A DNA stretch of 64,000 nt from Podarcis erhardii (lineage: Eukaryota). A program made the translations under genes and the position numbers. Shown here piece after piece: positions 52,508 to 64,000 of this stretch (position 1 is the stretch's first letter; each line of letters starts with the position of its first letter). The stretch lies in assembly GCA_964252035.1 (NCBI GenBank), contig OZ176205.1; one strand, 5' to 3'. Under the pieces are notes generated by a model. It was given only the letters and a program-made list of their open reading frames with translations, did not search any database and had not been told where the DNA came from.

Positions 52508-53329
52508 AAGAGCTATGTAGTCGCAAACAAAACTATGATACATAGAAAATGAAGGTCTGTAAAGTAACTAAGCACCAAACCCAATAATTACCGTACTTAT
52601 TCCTTATGGCTCTCACCTCCTATCCCAATCCATCACTTCTCAGAGTTATGTGTAAATTTCCTTTGGATCACTTCTCTTCTTTGAACAAGGAAAGGAAAGG
52701 AGAGTGCATGAGTGTTTCATCATAGATTAGTAGTGTAAGGTTGCAGTGGCTGCTTGCAAACAAAGCCTCTTATAACCTGCATTTGTCAAGAATGGGCACA
52801 AAATCAAAGTCCCTCTGGCTGATCAGCTTTCTACCAATGCAAACTTGCACCAGTAAAATGAAGAGAGGGGAAAGGGAGCCCAGAATAAATGTTCCCAGAA
52901 ATATCCCTTAGCAAGAAGGCAAGGAATCAAGACTTCCTATTGAAGTCTTCTGCTTGTTCTGACAGCAATAACCCTTATGTCCACATTAGCATCTAAAGCA
53001 AGCCTTCAAGTCTGGTTTAACAAGTGCACTCCAACAAATAAAGAGCACTTTAAATAAAAAGGACACAATATAAACTCTCAAGTAGTTTGCTCTTGTTGAC
53101 ATGTCTTGCCTATTCTGCTTTCAGGAAGGCGTTTGAATTTGACAAAACGTCTTTCCCCAGTTCAAGTGAAAAGCTGCACAAACAAGTCCACACCTCTATA
53201 ACAAGACCAAGGTAAACATCATTTCCAGGCAACGTGACACCTGATCTCTTCACCCCATTATTTATTGTTTTTTGGACAACACAGAGTATTACCTACATGC
53301 CAATGGCATCCTGCTGCATCAGTATACTC

Positions 53330-53510
53330 CTCCACCTTCCTGTTCAATAGTCAGTCTTCAAGTCAGTTGACCACTTGCCAACATGTGATGCTTGCCTCCC
53401 ACCCCACAATATGCCCAAACTCTGCCCATTCATCTTGGTCCCTTCAGCTATAACTCCATTTCATGCTCTGATCATCTTTGCCTCCACTACTGAAACCTTT
53501 TCTCTGGCCT
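53330..53510 (-). mobile_element. Decayed BovB/RTE-like 3' fragment
   Basis: Minus-strand KVEGQRKR..GVIAEGTKMNGQSL loosely resembles BovB GKIEGKRRRG..DGITE..MSL. Confidence 0.4.
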
Positions 53511-55169
53511 TCCACTTTTATTATCCACTTCTGAGTCCAGCAAAAAACTCCTTAGGTGGAATTAAATGCTTTGCTATTATAAACGTTCCACCTGCACTAA
53601 TGTGGATTGCCAGAGGGGACAATTCTCCTGCTCCTCCTGCTGCACGTTGCTCTTGGGGTTCTCCCAGACCCTACCAAGCCAATTTTGGGGATGTGAGGGG
53701 ACAATTGGAATTCCTTGCGCAGGGCTTCTGCTGATGGTGTATGTTAAATGAATCCCGTCCCAATCTTTCCATTGCATAACCATAAACCCGGCTTCTATGC
53801 CCATCCTGCAACTTCTGCTCCTCCATCTCCACAACCCTCACCCAACCCAAGGTCTCCCGCACCCATTTCCCCTTACTGCTCCCTACACATAGAACCACCT
53901 CCATAAACAAATACAGTACTTGGAACAGCTTCTCCTCTCCCCATTGTATTCTTCTTACAAATCCACCATTTGAGATGCTGAAGTGTTTTATAAAAGCTGA
54001 AAGTTATTTGCTGGGTGTGTGGACACGATAAAAGAAAACTAAATTTCTCTTGCTTCAGATTCCCTTTGAATTGATAAAAGTCTAATCTATTCAATGCAGT
54101 TGGGGGAGAGCCTATAAAGTGAACATGTCACAGATTTTATAGTCTTAGCAGATATATTTTCTTGGCAGACTGCGGCTAAAAATATTTAAGTCACACATTT
54201 GATATCTAGGGCTTTCACCCACTCATCTTTTGCTGGTATTAAAATTCACTTAAGCTTTTATCTTTTCTAAACCTTTGAGGGGGATTGTCTTCATAGCTTT
54301 GTTCTCACAGGTGCAAAAGGAACATTTATACAGGAAAGTTTTTTAAAATTTGCATACTACTCGCACGGGGAATAAAAGTTTTATTATTAGTTAAACACAT
54401 ACAACCAGATTCACACAGGCATCTGTGTGAATTACTGGCAAACCTATCCTAAACTTGTTTTGCTATTGGTCCTGGTTTAAGAGAAATGAGAGCTCAGTCC
54501 AACCTGAGGTGTCAGATAACCAACTTGCTAGTACCAGCATGCCCTGGGGAGAAAACCTGCTAACAGAAAAACAAACATCTGAATTAACTTAAGTGTTTGA
54601 TCACAAACCAAGTTTGAACAAGATATAATTTATTCAAGGGATTTTATGTAATTGATGCTCCTCTCACAGCAGTTTACCCAACTTTCACATGCACTTTCTT
54701 ATTTCAATTCAATCTGAATGGGCTTGTGCTTGGGTATTCAAATACCACACCAAATATCCGGATTACTGGTATATCGAAGTGTGACAGATAGCATTATGTT
54801 GGGGGGGGGAGTTTACACAAATTAAAGATAACTAGAGGAGAAACTTTTTGCTGTTGTTTGGTGTGATTTTATTACTTCTACAAATAAAGCAGAACACCAC
54901 CACTCTGTTCCCATGATTCATCACACTGTGTGTTTACAATAAAAACATAATGCCAAAACTCCTCTGTATATTTTTGTATTGCTTTAATGATACAAATTTT
55001 CCCCTTTTCTTATTCCCCGTGCTCCTTAAAATACTTGGAAGTAAGGTGCTTTGTTGTCGTTTTATGTTATTGTCTCACAGTATTTTTAATCACTTTATAT
55101 TTGAAAAATCAAAGAAAACCATGCGGAAAAAAATTACTGAACACTCAATGCATAAGGACAACAACTCTA

Positions 55170-55388
55170 TAGTGGTATTTGGGCTAAGAACTTAATTTGT
55201 TCCGGAGGTCCGTTCTTAACCTGAAACCATTCTTAACCTGAGGTACCACTTTAGCTAATGTGGCCTCCCGCTGCTGCCATGCCGCGCAATTTCTGTTCTC
55301 ATCCTGAATCAAAGTTATTAACCTGAGGTACTATTTCTGGGTTAGCAGAGTCCGTGACCTGAAGCGTCTGTAACCCGAGATACCACTG
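55170..55388. mobile_element. TcMar/Tigger-like MITE (GGTTAAGAAC family)
   Basis: Homologous to 45992; right TIR TAACCCGAGATACCACTG; TA TSD. Confidence 0.9.
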
Positions 55389-56026
55389 TATTCTGATGTG
55401 CAACCAAATGCAGAGTTTGCCCATCCACACTGCATTATGTTCAATGTCCTTCACATAAATAGTCCCCATCTACTTTTTGCCTAACAAGTAACCTAAATGT
55501 GTGCCTAACTTGGGGCGGGGGGGGGGGGATTTTCCTGAAGGCATACCACAGAAGGGAGATTCCCTGTCATGTCTGAAGGAATAGTGATTTCTGTTTTGTT
55601 TGACTTGAAGCAGAGGAATATTAAAAACTGCATCCAACCGATACTCTGTGCTACACATGAAGACCAAGACCTCGGTTTTTTCCCCAAGTACCATTCTGAA
55701 ATGGGTAACTGGGAATACTCATCCTGTAGCCGCTATACTTACAAAATGGTGCTTGAAAAGGTAATTGCTCCTCAGCTGTGGAGCTCCAACCTCTGAGGCA
55801 TTCATTCAGGCCTGAACTTTGGTAGCATTCCTAAATGACAAACTTTTACACTTGGATCATGATAGGGTAGTCTTAAGGAAAATTTTACTGTACGGGTATC
55901 TGTGCTACTAGGATTTTTTTTTTAAGTACTTAATGATAAAGCTTAATGATACATTCAAGCTGCAATTCTACATATATTTACCTTTGAGTAAGTCCAATTA
56001 AACTCAATGGGGCTTACTTCCAAATA

Positions 56027-56267
56027 CAGTGGTACCTCGGTTTACAAACATAATCCGTTCCGGAAGTCCGTTCTTAAACCGAAACTGTTCTTAAACTGAG
56101 GCGCGCTTTCCCTAATGAGGCCTCCCACCGCCGGTGCCCTTCCACCATTCAAATTCTGTTCTTAGACCGAGGTAAAGTTTGCAAACCGGGACACTACTTC
56201 CAGTTTTGCAGAGTTCGTAAACCAAATCATTCGTAAACAGGGCTGTTCTTAAACCGAGGTACCACTG
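56027..56267. mobile_element. TcMar/Tigger-like MITE (GGTTTACAAAC subfamily)
   Basis: TIRs CAGTGGTACCTCGGTTT / AAACCGAGGTACCACTG; TA TSD. Confidence 0.92.
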
Positions 56268-56494
56268 TAGACTTGAATATGATAGTGCTGCATAAATCCT
56301 TCAACCACTCATCAAAACCTGGGAAGAAAAAATTGCTTACTTATCTTTTCTTCAAAGCTGAATGAGCAGAACAGAATACAATTTAAACAACATATTCTCA
56401 GCACAAAAAGAGGAAACTGTTTTTTCAGAACTTCCTCTGACGTAAAAGGCTATCTGGGTGATTAATGAAGTTGCATAACTGACATAATGCAATA

Positions 56495-56850
56495 CAGTGG
56501 TGCCCCGCAAGACGAACGCCTCGCAAGACGGAAAACCCGCTAGACGAAAGGGTTTTCCGTTTTGGAGGTGCTTCGCAAGACGAATTTCCCTATGGGCTTG
56601 CTTCGCAAGACGAAAATGTCTTGCGAGTTCCTGTGGGTTTTTTTCCCTTTTTTCCCCCTTTTCCTAAGCCCTAAGCCGCTTATCAGCTGATCCGCTGATA
56701 AGCCGCTTATCAGCTGGTCCGCTAAAAGCCGCTAAACCGCTAATAGCGCTAATCTGCTAAGCTGTCAATGGGCTTGTTTCGCAAGACGAAAAAACCGCTA
56801 TACGAAGAGCCTCACGGAACGGATTAATTTCGTCTTGCGAGGCACCACTG
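56495..56850 (+). mobile_element. TcMar MITE (GCAAGACGAA family)
   Basis: TIRs CAGTGGTGCC..GGCACCACTG; TA TSD; 356 bp. Confidence 0.93.
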
Positions 56851-57163
56851 TACATAAAGTTTTACTGTGGGATGCAGAGAATAATTTCGGACAGGAATAC
56901 ATTTTAAAATGTTGTGTAATTAATATATATTGCTCCTTCGTGACTACATACAGTGATCCTACATACATCATTCAAATATTTGCGTAAGCAGTTCTGAGGC
57001 TGTTCAGATTTTCTCTTCAAAGACATTTCACTTCCACAGGTCTGGAAGAGTGCTAGCTTGGGGACCTACAGGCAAGAATAACTTCGTAGTAATCCCTACA
57101 AACAGAATGAAAACAGAAGCCAAAACAGAGGCTGTCATACCCAACATGTGCCATGAGACAGTG

Positions 57164-57363
57164 AGGGACTGTAGTGCATTGACAGAGCACCTGCTTGGCA
57201 TGCAGAAGGTCTGAGGTTCATTCCCTGGCATCAATAAAGGATCAAGTAGCAGGCAATGTGAAAGACCTCGACTTGTGGGCCCTGGACAGCTGCTGCCAGT
57301 CAAAACAGAAAATACAAGACAAGAAGTCTGCCCTAGTATAAAGAAGCTCCCTGTGTTCCTATG
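57164..57363 (+). mobile_element. Diverged Squam3-like SINE
   Basis: agggactgtag..agagcacctgcttggcatgcagaaggtctgaggttcattccctggcatc..ctgctgccagt..agtataaagaagctccctgtgttcct. Confidence 0.75.
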
Positions 57364-58725
57364 ACAGTGACCCAGCTATGGTGATGAATTTAGTGGAGCT
57401 GGAGTATGTAGCACCCAAATAATAAAGTCCATGGTTAAAATGTGCTTTTAAAGAATTGGGTTTTTAAGGGGGGAAATGGTTGTTATATGATCACTAATAA
57501 ATTATCTTCCTCACAACACTACTCCTTTATTGTAGAAACTGAGAATGCACACTGAAGACAGTTTTTTTAAAAGATACAAGCAATTGTGCTTATGCTTGTG
57601 TTTCTTTACATAAATCAAACTGCTTGTTTTTAGAAAGGAACCACTGAAGCAGCAGCAGCCGAAAAAGGAGGAGGCAGTTTCCTCATATACCAGAAAGCCC
57701 TTTGTCTATTCAGAGATGGATTTATTTTTACCACTTGTCAAAGAGTCCAAGTCATTCTGAAAGCACCATTTAACCTTCTCACAAGAAACAACATGGGTCA
57801 AGTTGGTTAAATGCCAAACAGTTAAGAAGATCAGCTGACTTTTCCTACAGACAGATGCAGCATCCCTTGGTGGATTCTTTCTATTTTATATAGCGAACAC
57901 CTTCTGCATAATGAAAGATCACTTAGGAAACACTCACTTTAAAAATGGAGAGATCCTTCTTCCTCCCACTTCCACTTGACAGAAAGAAACTACTAAGGGG
58001 ATTGCATACATTTTAGCATAACAGAACCCTAAGTAAAACTGGCAAGAGTGCAAATAGTTCAGATGCATTTCTGAATTTCATTTTAGTTAGGCATTGTGGG
58101 CAAATCCTTTGCCCAGTATTTTCTAAAGACTAGAAATTAATCTCAATTCTGATCAATCACTAGTTCTGCCTCCTACTATTGAGGACAGAACCTAAAACAC
58201 ATTGTGACAGAGCCTATAATCTGGATGCAAACAGTCCCAAGATTCAATCGCTAGCAACCCACAGTTCAAGATCTCTACTTGAAAAACCTATAGAGAAAAA
58301 CAAGAGCCCAGGAAAGTTGCTGCCAATCTGCTTAGATGTACAGATACTGTGAAAGGCTTCATCCTCCCTCAACTGTCTGAAGAACACATAAGATGTGTGT
58401 GTGTATCCATCTTTACATGCATAACTTTTGAGAATGTTTCCTCATAGTAATCCAGGACCACATCTCTGCAGTCCCCCTCTCATGGATAATGTGAATATGA
58501 GTAACCAGCACTGAGACCTCTCCATATTATCTCAATCATGCAGGGTAATCAAGGACATCTGCATGAGCTCATTGACGTAATCCTGGAGGAGTGGGACTAA
58601 GATGCAAAACAATGCTGTACTTTATGAAGAGCACAAAAGTATGTTACAGTCGCTTGCCCACATGCACACCCAGCAGTGTTAATATACTCTGCTCGCTTTA
58701 AACTGGGGAAGAAGCCAGACAATAC

Positions 58726-58828
58726 CATATTTACTTGAGTCTAATGCACCATCAAATCTAATGCGCATCTTAATTTTCGCAACATAATTTGGCCAAAAAG
58801 GGGGAGTATTAGATTCGAGTAAATAAGG
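58726..58828. mobile_element. Short TcMar (Tc2-type) MITE
   Basis: TIRs CCATATTTACTTGAGTCTAAT / ATTAGATTCGAGTAAATAAGG; TA TSD. Confidence 0.82.
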
Positions 58829-59089
58829 TATTATAGCCAAGCTATTTTGGTGTAGGCTAAGGAACCATCTTTCATAAAACAGGAAAGGATCCAAAAAACC
58901 TGAAGATCTCAAAATAAATTGAATAAATGCTTCAAAAGGCAGCTTCAGATAACAAAACACCAACCAGAATGATTGGCTTAACTTCACATATACACCAAGA
59001 AGAGTTGAATTCATGGTGACTGACCAGGAACGAGATCTTGGGTTGTAGGAGACAGTTCAATTCTGCAACTATGAAAAGGGCAAACTTCA

Positions 59090-59930
59090 TGCTAGGGATC
59101 ATTAGAGAAACGGTTGAAAATAAAACTCCCCAAAATAATGCTGTTATACAAATCTATGCATGACTATACCTGGAATACAGTATACAATTCTGGTTGCCTC
59201 ACCTCAAAAAGGATATTTCAGAGCTGGAAAGAGTTCAGGGGGAAAAGGCAACCCAAACGTTCAAAGAGCTGGAGCAATTACCCTATGAGAGAAGATTACA
59301 TTTGGGACTTTTTAGTTTAAAGGTGAGTAAGAGGTAACATAATAAGGGTGTGTAAGATTATGCATGGAGAAAGTGGGTATAGAAAAGTTTTGCCCTGTTT
59401 CTCATAACACTAGAATCTGGGGACAATGAAGCTGAATATTGGAGGATTTGGGACAGACAAAATAAAGTACTTATTCATATAGGGCAGGCATGACCAAACT
59501 TGGCCCTCCAGCTGTTTTGGGACTACAGTTCCCATCATCTCTGACCACTGGTCCTGCTAGCTAGGGATGATGGGAGTTGTAGTCCCAAAACAACTGGAGG
59601 GCCAAGTTTGGCCATGCCTGATATAGGGCATAGTTAAACTATGGAATTTTCTCCCACAAGGTATAGGAAATGGCATCAGCTTAAATGGCTTTAAAGGGGG
59701 ATTAGTGTTATCCCCCATGAATTTGTCTATCAATGACTACTCGCCATGATGCATATTCCAGAATTAGATACTGTATGTGTCTGAATACCAGATACTGGAA
59801 ATGACAAGCGGGGAGAGTGCTGTTGAGCTCAGGACCTGTTTGCAGGCATCTGGCTGGCCACTGTGAAAACAAAATGCGAAACTAGATGGGCTTTTGGCCT
59901 GATCCAGCAGACTTCTTGCTATATATACCT
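59090..59930 (+). mobile_element. CR1 LINE 3' fragment with nested hAT MITE
   Basis: MLGIIRETVENK..MLLYKSM..LEYSIQFWLPHLKKDISELERVQ matches the CR1 ORF2 C-terminus; ggcctgatccagcag-type tail. Confidence 0.85.
59485..59620. mobile_element. 136-bp palindromic hAT MITE
   Basis: TIRs CAGGCATGACCAAACTT / AAGTTTGGCCATGCCTG; perfect 8-bp TSD ATATAGGG. Confidence 0.95.
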
Positions 59931-60497
59931 AGCCACATACTAATTATTCAATCAGCAGAATAGGGTTGATTCAAATTGAGCAAGTCATGGGTTGCAGAAT
60001 CCCTGAATGCTACCATACTGAAGCTCCCACAATACTGCCCATCCTGAACAGACCACACCTGCACAGGTATATATTGGGTTTTATAGTGAGCTGTAATCAT
60101 CACCAGTTGGCTCAAGCACGTTCTGACCTGGAGTTTGCACGTTAAAAATCGGACTCTCTCTGCTGACAGTTAATGGGGACATTAATGTCACCAAGGAATT
60201 AGCTAGGTTCCCTTGTGCCCTTGGCAAGGAGCTGTATCAGGGTTCCCCTCTCCTTTCACCCAGCCACCCAGAGCAGCAAGGGAACAGCCCAGGGAATGCA
60301 GAGACAGGTGGGTGGGCTCCTAGCCCCTGAATGTCACTGATCATTGCATGCCAATAATATCATCTTGTCCCTTCACCACAAACTGTCCAACATGAATGCC
60401 TCTCCAGCTCTAGAAAATCAGGCACTCCACTTTGGGAAATCTAACATACAGGAACACATCCACTACAAGAGTTCTGTCATTATGAACACAACTTGTA

Positions 60498-60853
60498 CAG
60501 TGGTGCCCCGCAAGACGAACGCCTCGCAAGACGGAAAACCCGCTAGACGAAAGGGTTTTCCGTTTTGGAGGCGCTTCGCAAAACGAATTTCCCTATGGGC
60601 TTGCTTCGCAAGACGAAAATGTCTTGCGAGTTCCTGCGGGGTTTCCCCCCCCTTTTCCCCCTTTTCCTAAGCCCTAAGCTGCTTATCAGCTTATCCGCTG
60701 ATAAGCCGCTTATCAGCCGATCCACTAAAAGCCGCTAAACTGCTAATAGCGCTAATCCGCTAAGCTGTCAATGGGCTTGCTTCGCAAGACGAAAAAACCG
60801 CTATACGAAGAGCCTCACGGAACTGATTAATTTCGTCTTGCGAGGCACCACTG
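60498..60853 (+). mobile_element. TcMar MITE (GCAAGACGAA family)
   Basis: Very similar to the 56495 copy; TA TSD; 356 bp. Confidence 0.93.
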
Positions 60854-61952
60854 TAATGCTAGCCCAGGCCAAAGACAAAAGTCCTAGCCTTTCTTCCACA
60901 ACTAGAAGCATCCTACTAGTAGGCCCGAGCTTACACTGTGAGAAAGGTATGAAAACAAGTACTCATGCCCTTTAGAAATTCAACCCCACTGGGAAAAGTG
61001 AGTGCACTTTTTCATTCGCAGCAGAGTTAAGTTTCCATCGAAACATCCATCCTATATCCTGTGGCCTTTGTAATGCTTTAGTTGTCCTTTCCTTTATACA
61101 GTCAAAGAGCCTTTCTCCTCCCACTCCAGATGTACAGTATTTGACTTTAAAAGAAGCACAAAAACCCCAAGTCTTTTGTTCATATTATAGCTTCTTCCTG
61201 CAGTCCTCTGGAGTCAGCCCTATTGAGACATTACATGGATAATAGCAGGCTGATTGCACAAAAGCAGACCAAAAAGGCGGGGGAAATTACAGCAAGCACA
61301 CTGACTTTGAAGGCTGATTGGGGAAACAGGCCCCCTTTTTGCCAACTTAAGAATAATTACGATTGAGAGGGGGAAAGTGAATATTTTGTTAAAAATGAAC
61401 ATGAAGGAGGGGCTAAAGTCTGCATTTCAAAACCATTTGTGGTTCATGAGGAATAGGGACTTGCTAAACACAGGAAGTGTTTGGGAGGAGGGAAGAGGAG
61501 AGAAAGGCCAGAAGAAATCTGCTGAAAAGCACAAGGAATCTAACTTCAAAGGATAAACACCCAAGCCAGGTAACTACTGAACACATGACCTGGAGGGAAA
61601 TGAAAAACTAAGGAAAGATTTTAGAACTGAATAAGGTGGCAACCCACTCCTAATCAGTTAAACCATGACCTTTAATAATGGCTTCATTGTAGGTCTCCGA
61701 TAAGAAACAACAGCAGGACAACTAAAGCATGACAGCTAGGGAGACAGTTAATCACTAAATATGAACACAGGATTAAAATGGTCATGTGACTTATGCAACC
61801 TTCTCCTACCCCAGATCTTGTGACATAAGATGTAAAGAGCCTCTATCAGCCAGTATGTGCTTGGATCCTATTCACTCAGGTTGACCGTTTTTAGCCTAGC
61901 TACAAACACTGGTTTAAAACAGGAACGGGAAACTTGGTGCCATCCAGATATA

Positions 61953-62127
61953 CAGTGGTAACTCGGAAGTTGAACGGAATCCATTCTGGAAGTCCGTCCG
62001 ACTTTCAAAACATTTGGAAACCAAGGTGCAGTTTCCGATTGGCTGCAGGAAGCTCACTTCCGGGTTTGCGGCATTCGGGAGACAAAATGTTTGAGTCGCA
62101 AGGCGTTCGTCAACCAAAGTACGACTG
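61953..62127. mobile_element. Internally deleted TcMar/Tigger-like MITE
   Basis: TIRs CAGTGGTAACTCGG / CCAAAGTACGACTG; TA TSD. Confidence 0.85.
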
Positions 62128-62519
62128 TATTTAGAGAACAACTCCCAACTTCAGGGACAATTTGCAATGCTGGTTGAGGCTGTAAGGAGATGGAGTCTTA
62201 ACTTATATCAGGATCTCTTCCAACTCTACAATTCTGGGGAGCCACATGTTCCACATCCCTGGTTTAACAGATAAGATTAGCCTTAGGTAATCAGCCTATA
62301 CAACTAACTTCTCTTCCAATTCAGCTGACACCAGTTCTACCATATCACACCTCTTTTTTCAAGGTTTGAAAGTGAAAGCCACCTTTAACTTTCTAGGAAG
62401 GTAGAGGAGGTCCCGGGCTACCCATGATCAACTACTTTGCAGCACTCTGAACTGACACATACCCTTTGGAAGAACTAACATGCTCCTATCAAAATTTAGG
62501 ATGGGGGCTGTAAAAGAGG

Positions 62520-62995
62520 AAGACCATCACCTTTTATTATTTATTTTATTTTCCAAAATGCGTACACAGCTTGATTGTACAAATATATACCTCAAAATAG
62601 TTTACAAAAAATAAAACAGTAAAACCAAGGGAAAAAATCACAACCATACTTTAAAAGCTACAAAAGTTAAATTACTACAGCAGCTTAAAATTACCTTGAC
62701 TTTTGAAGCATCGGGGAAGGCTTGCCTAAACAAGAACTATTTTAGCAGGCCCCAAAAGGAATATAGTGAAAGCATTTGCTTGATATCAATAGGCAGGGAG
62801 TTCCAAAGTGTAGGTGCCACCACACTAAACAATAGAGTTCTTACAAATGCAGAATAGGTATTATGTGGCACTGGGAGTAGTGCCAATCGAAGCGGTCAGG
62901 TGGGTACATGTGGGGTAAGGTGATCTTGGGGGTAAACTGGTCCCAAGTTGTTAAGGGCTTTATATACCAATAGTAACACATTGAACCTGGCCTGC
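62520..62995 (-). mobile_element. L2 3' fragment
   Basis: aaggcttgcctaaac..ggcagggagttccaaagtgtaggtgccacc..aagggctttata..ttgaacctggcc matches the reverse complement of L2 3' regions. Confidence 0.75.
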
Positions 62996-64000
62996 TTTAA
63001 CTGCTATAACATCACTGAGTCTATCTCAAATGGAGAGGTAAATTAAATGAGACCAACTCAGTCACCAAGAGTCGATCACCCAGTTTCTAGGAGATGAGAG
63101 CCAACGAGTTTCCTCTTTTATCTTTTGATGACAAGCCCCCTTAAGGCATCAATGATCAGAGGAGAAAATCATAGCAGATGTGGTTTCCCAAAATGCTTTT
63201 AAAAGGCAGTACAACTTTACAGCATAGAAACCAACTAAGGATTTGTAGCTGCTAGGGCCACAATGCTGAAAAACTGTCATTTATTACAGAAAGCCTGGCA
63301 CTTGCGAGGGGGTTACGTTTCAGGGATTACTTTTAAGGATAACAGGGTACTTCAAAACTATTGGACTACAGAAATTAGAGCATCATCAAAGCCTTCATAA
63401 AAATCTGTCTCCACCTGGACAAAGTCCCACTGCAAATTGGTCAGGTGGCACTGTAATATAACTTTATCTTCTCTATCAAGATGGGCAGCAAACATTTGAC
63501 ATGGCTTGTGCTGTAGAAGATATTAAGTAATAACCTTACAGCCCCATTTGCACAGGCAACCAGACTGACAGGCTTGGGTCAACTCTGCTGATGTCCAAGT
63601 TGGCAAACAGCAAAATAACTGCAGAGAATTCTTGAGATGAGGGTGAATAAATTAACTAGATAAACATTTGGACTTTATCCACACACAAGGGAAGAGAAAA
63701 GAATGGGGATGGGGATGTATAGCTGTATTTTTAGAAGATACACTGGATTTCAGGATGGTTCATACCTTTTCCTCCAAATATTCTAGTGTAGCATACGGAG
63801 TGCAATGGCACATTGCCCCCATCCCGAATACTGCTGCATCTGCACACTCCGCAATATTGCTCCATGAGCTACAGGGAGTCCCGGCTGACAAAGCATCAAG
63901 GCAAGTTAAACAACAAAGCAACAAGAGGGCAAGTAACACCCCATCCCTTTTTTTTAATAAAGCAACTCCGACTAATTATTTAATTAAAGCAGCTCAGACT

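Larger units (their letters stand above)
16875..64000 (-). other. SRGAP2: SRGAP2 intron upstream of the exon; first coding exon (MTSPAKFKKDKE...) not found in window
   Basis: AG acceptor at 16876-16875 with a pyrimidine tract; first coding exon not seen; a very long intron here fits the mammalian gene. Confidence 0.78.

Noticed and set aside
1-64000. FAM72A, the head-to-head neighbour of SRGAP2, and endogenous viral elements
   Set aside because: No FAM72 peptide, LTR pair, gag/pol/env or viral replicase motif was recognised; FAM72 would lie beyond the right end of the window.

Overview
Vertebrate genomic DNA, most likely from a squamate reptile and probably a lacertid lizard. That taxonomic call is inferred from Sauria SINE, Squam3-like SINE, CR1, L2, RTE and TcMar/hAT MITE content. 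The only protein-coding sequence I can support is one 193-bp exon of SRGAP2 on the minus strand (16682-16874; the second coding exon, F-BAR N-terminus), with canonical AG/GT splice sites and the same length as the human exon. The rest is SRGAP2 intronic sequence, more than 16 kb on one side and more than 47 kb on the other, densely filled with repeats: 16 TcMar MITEs, 4 complete hAT MITEs, several SINE families, decayed LINEs, microsatellites and a 134-N gap. I see no clearly new biological system. The best unexplained candidate is an AT-rich block at about 21.07-22.06 kb with exon/intron-like organisation on the plus strand and scattered motifs reminiscent of an ISL2EU/Harbinger-type DDE transposase. 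Other items worth checking are an inverted MITE pair enclosing a SINE, an atypical 18-bp flanking duplication, two different tRNA heads on one CR1 tail, a nested triple SINE, a candidate 24-nt microexon and several candidate conserved non-coding blocks. Repeat family names come from recalled consensus sequences rather than database searches, and LINE boundaries are approximate.
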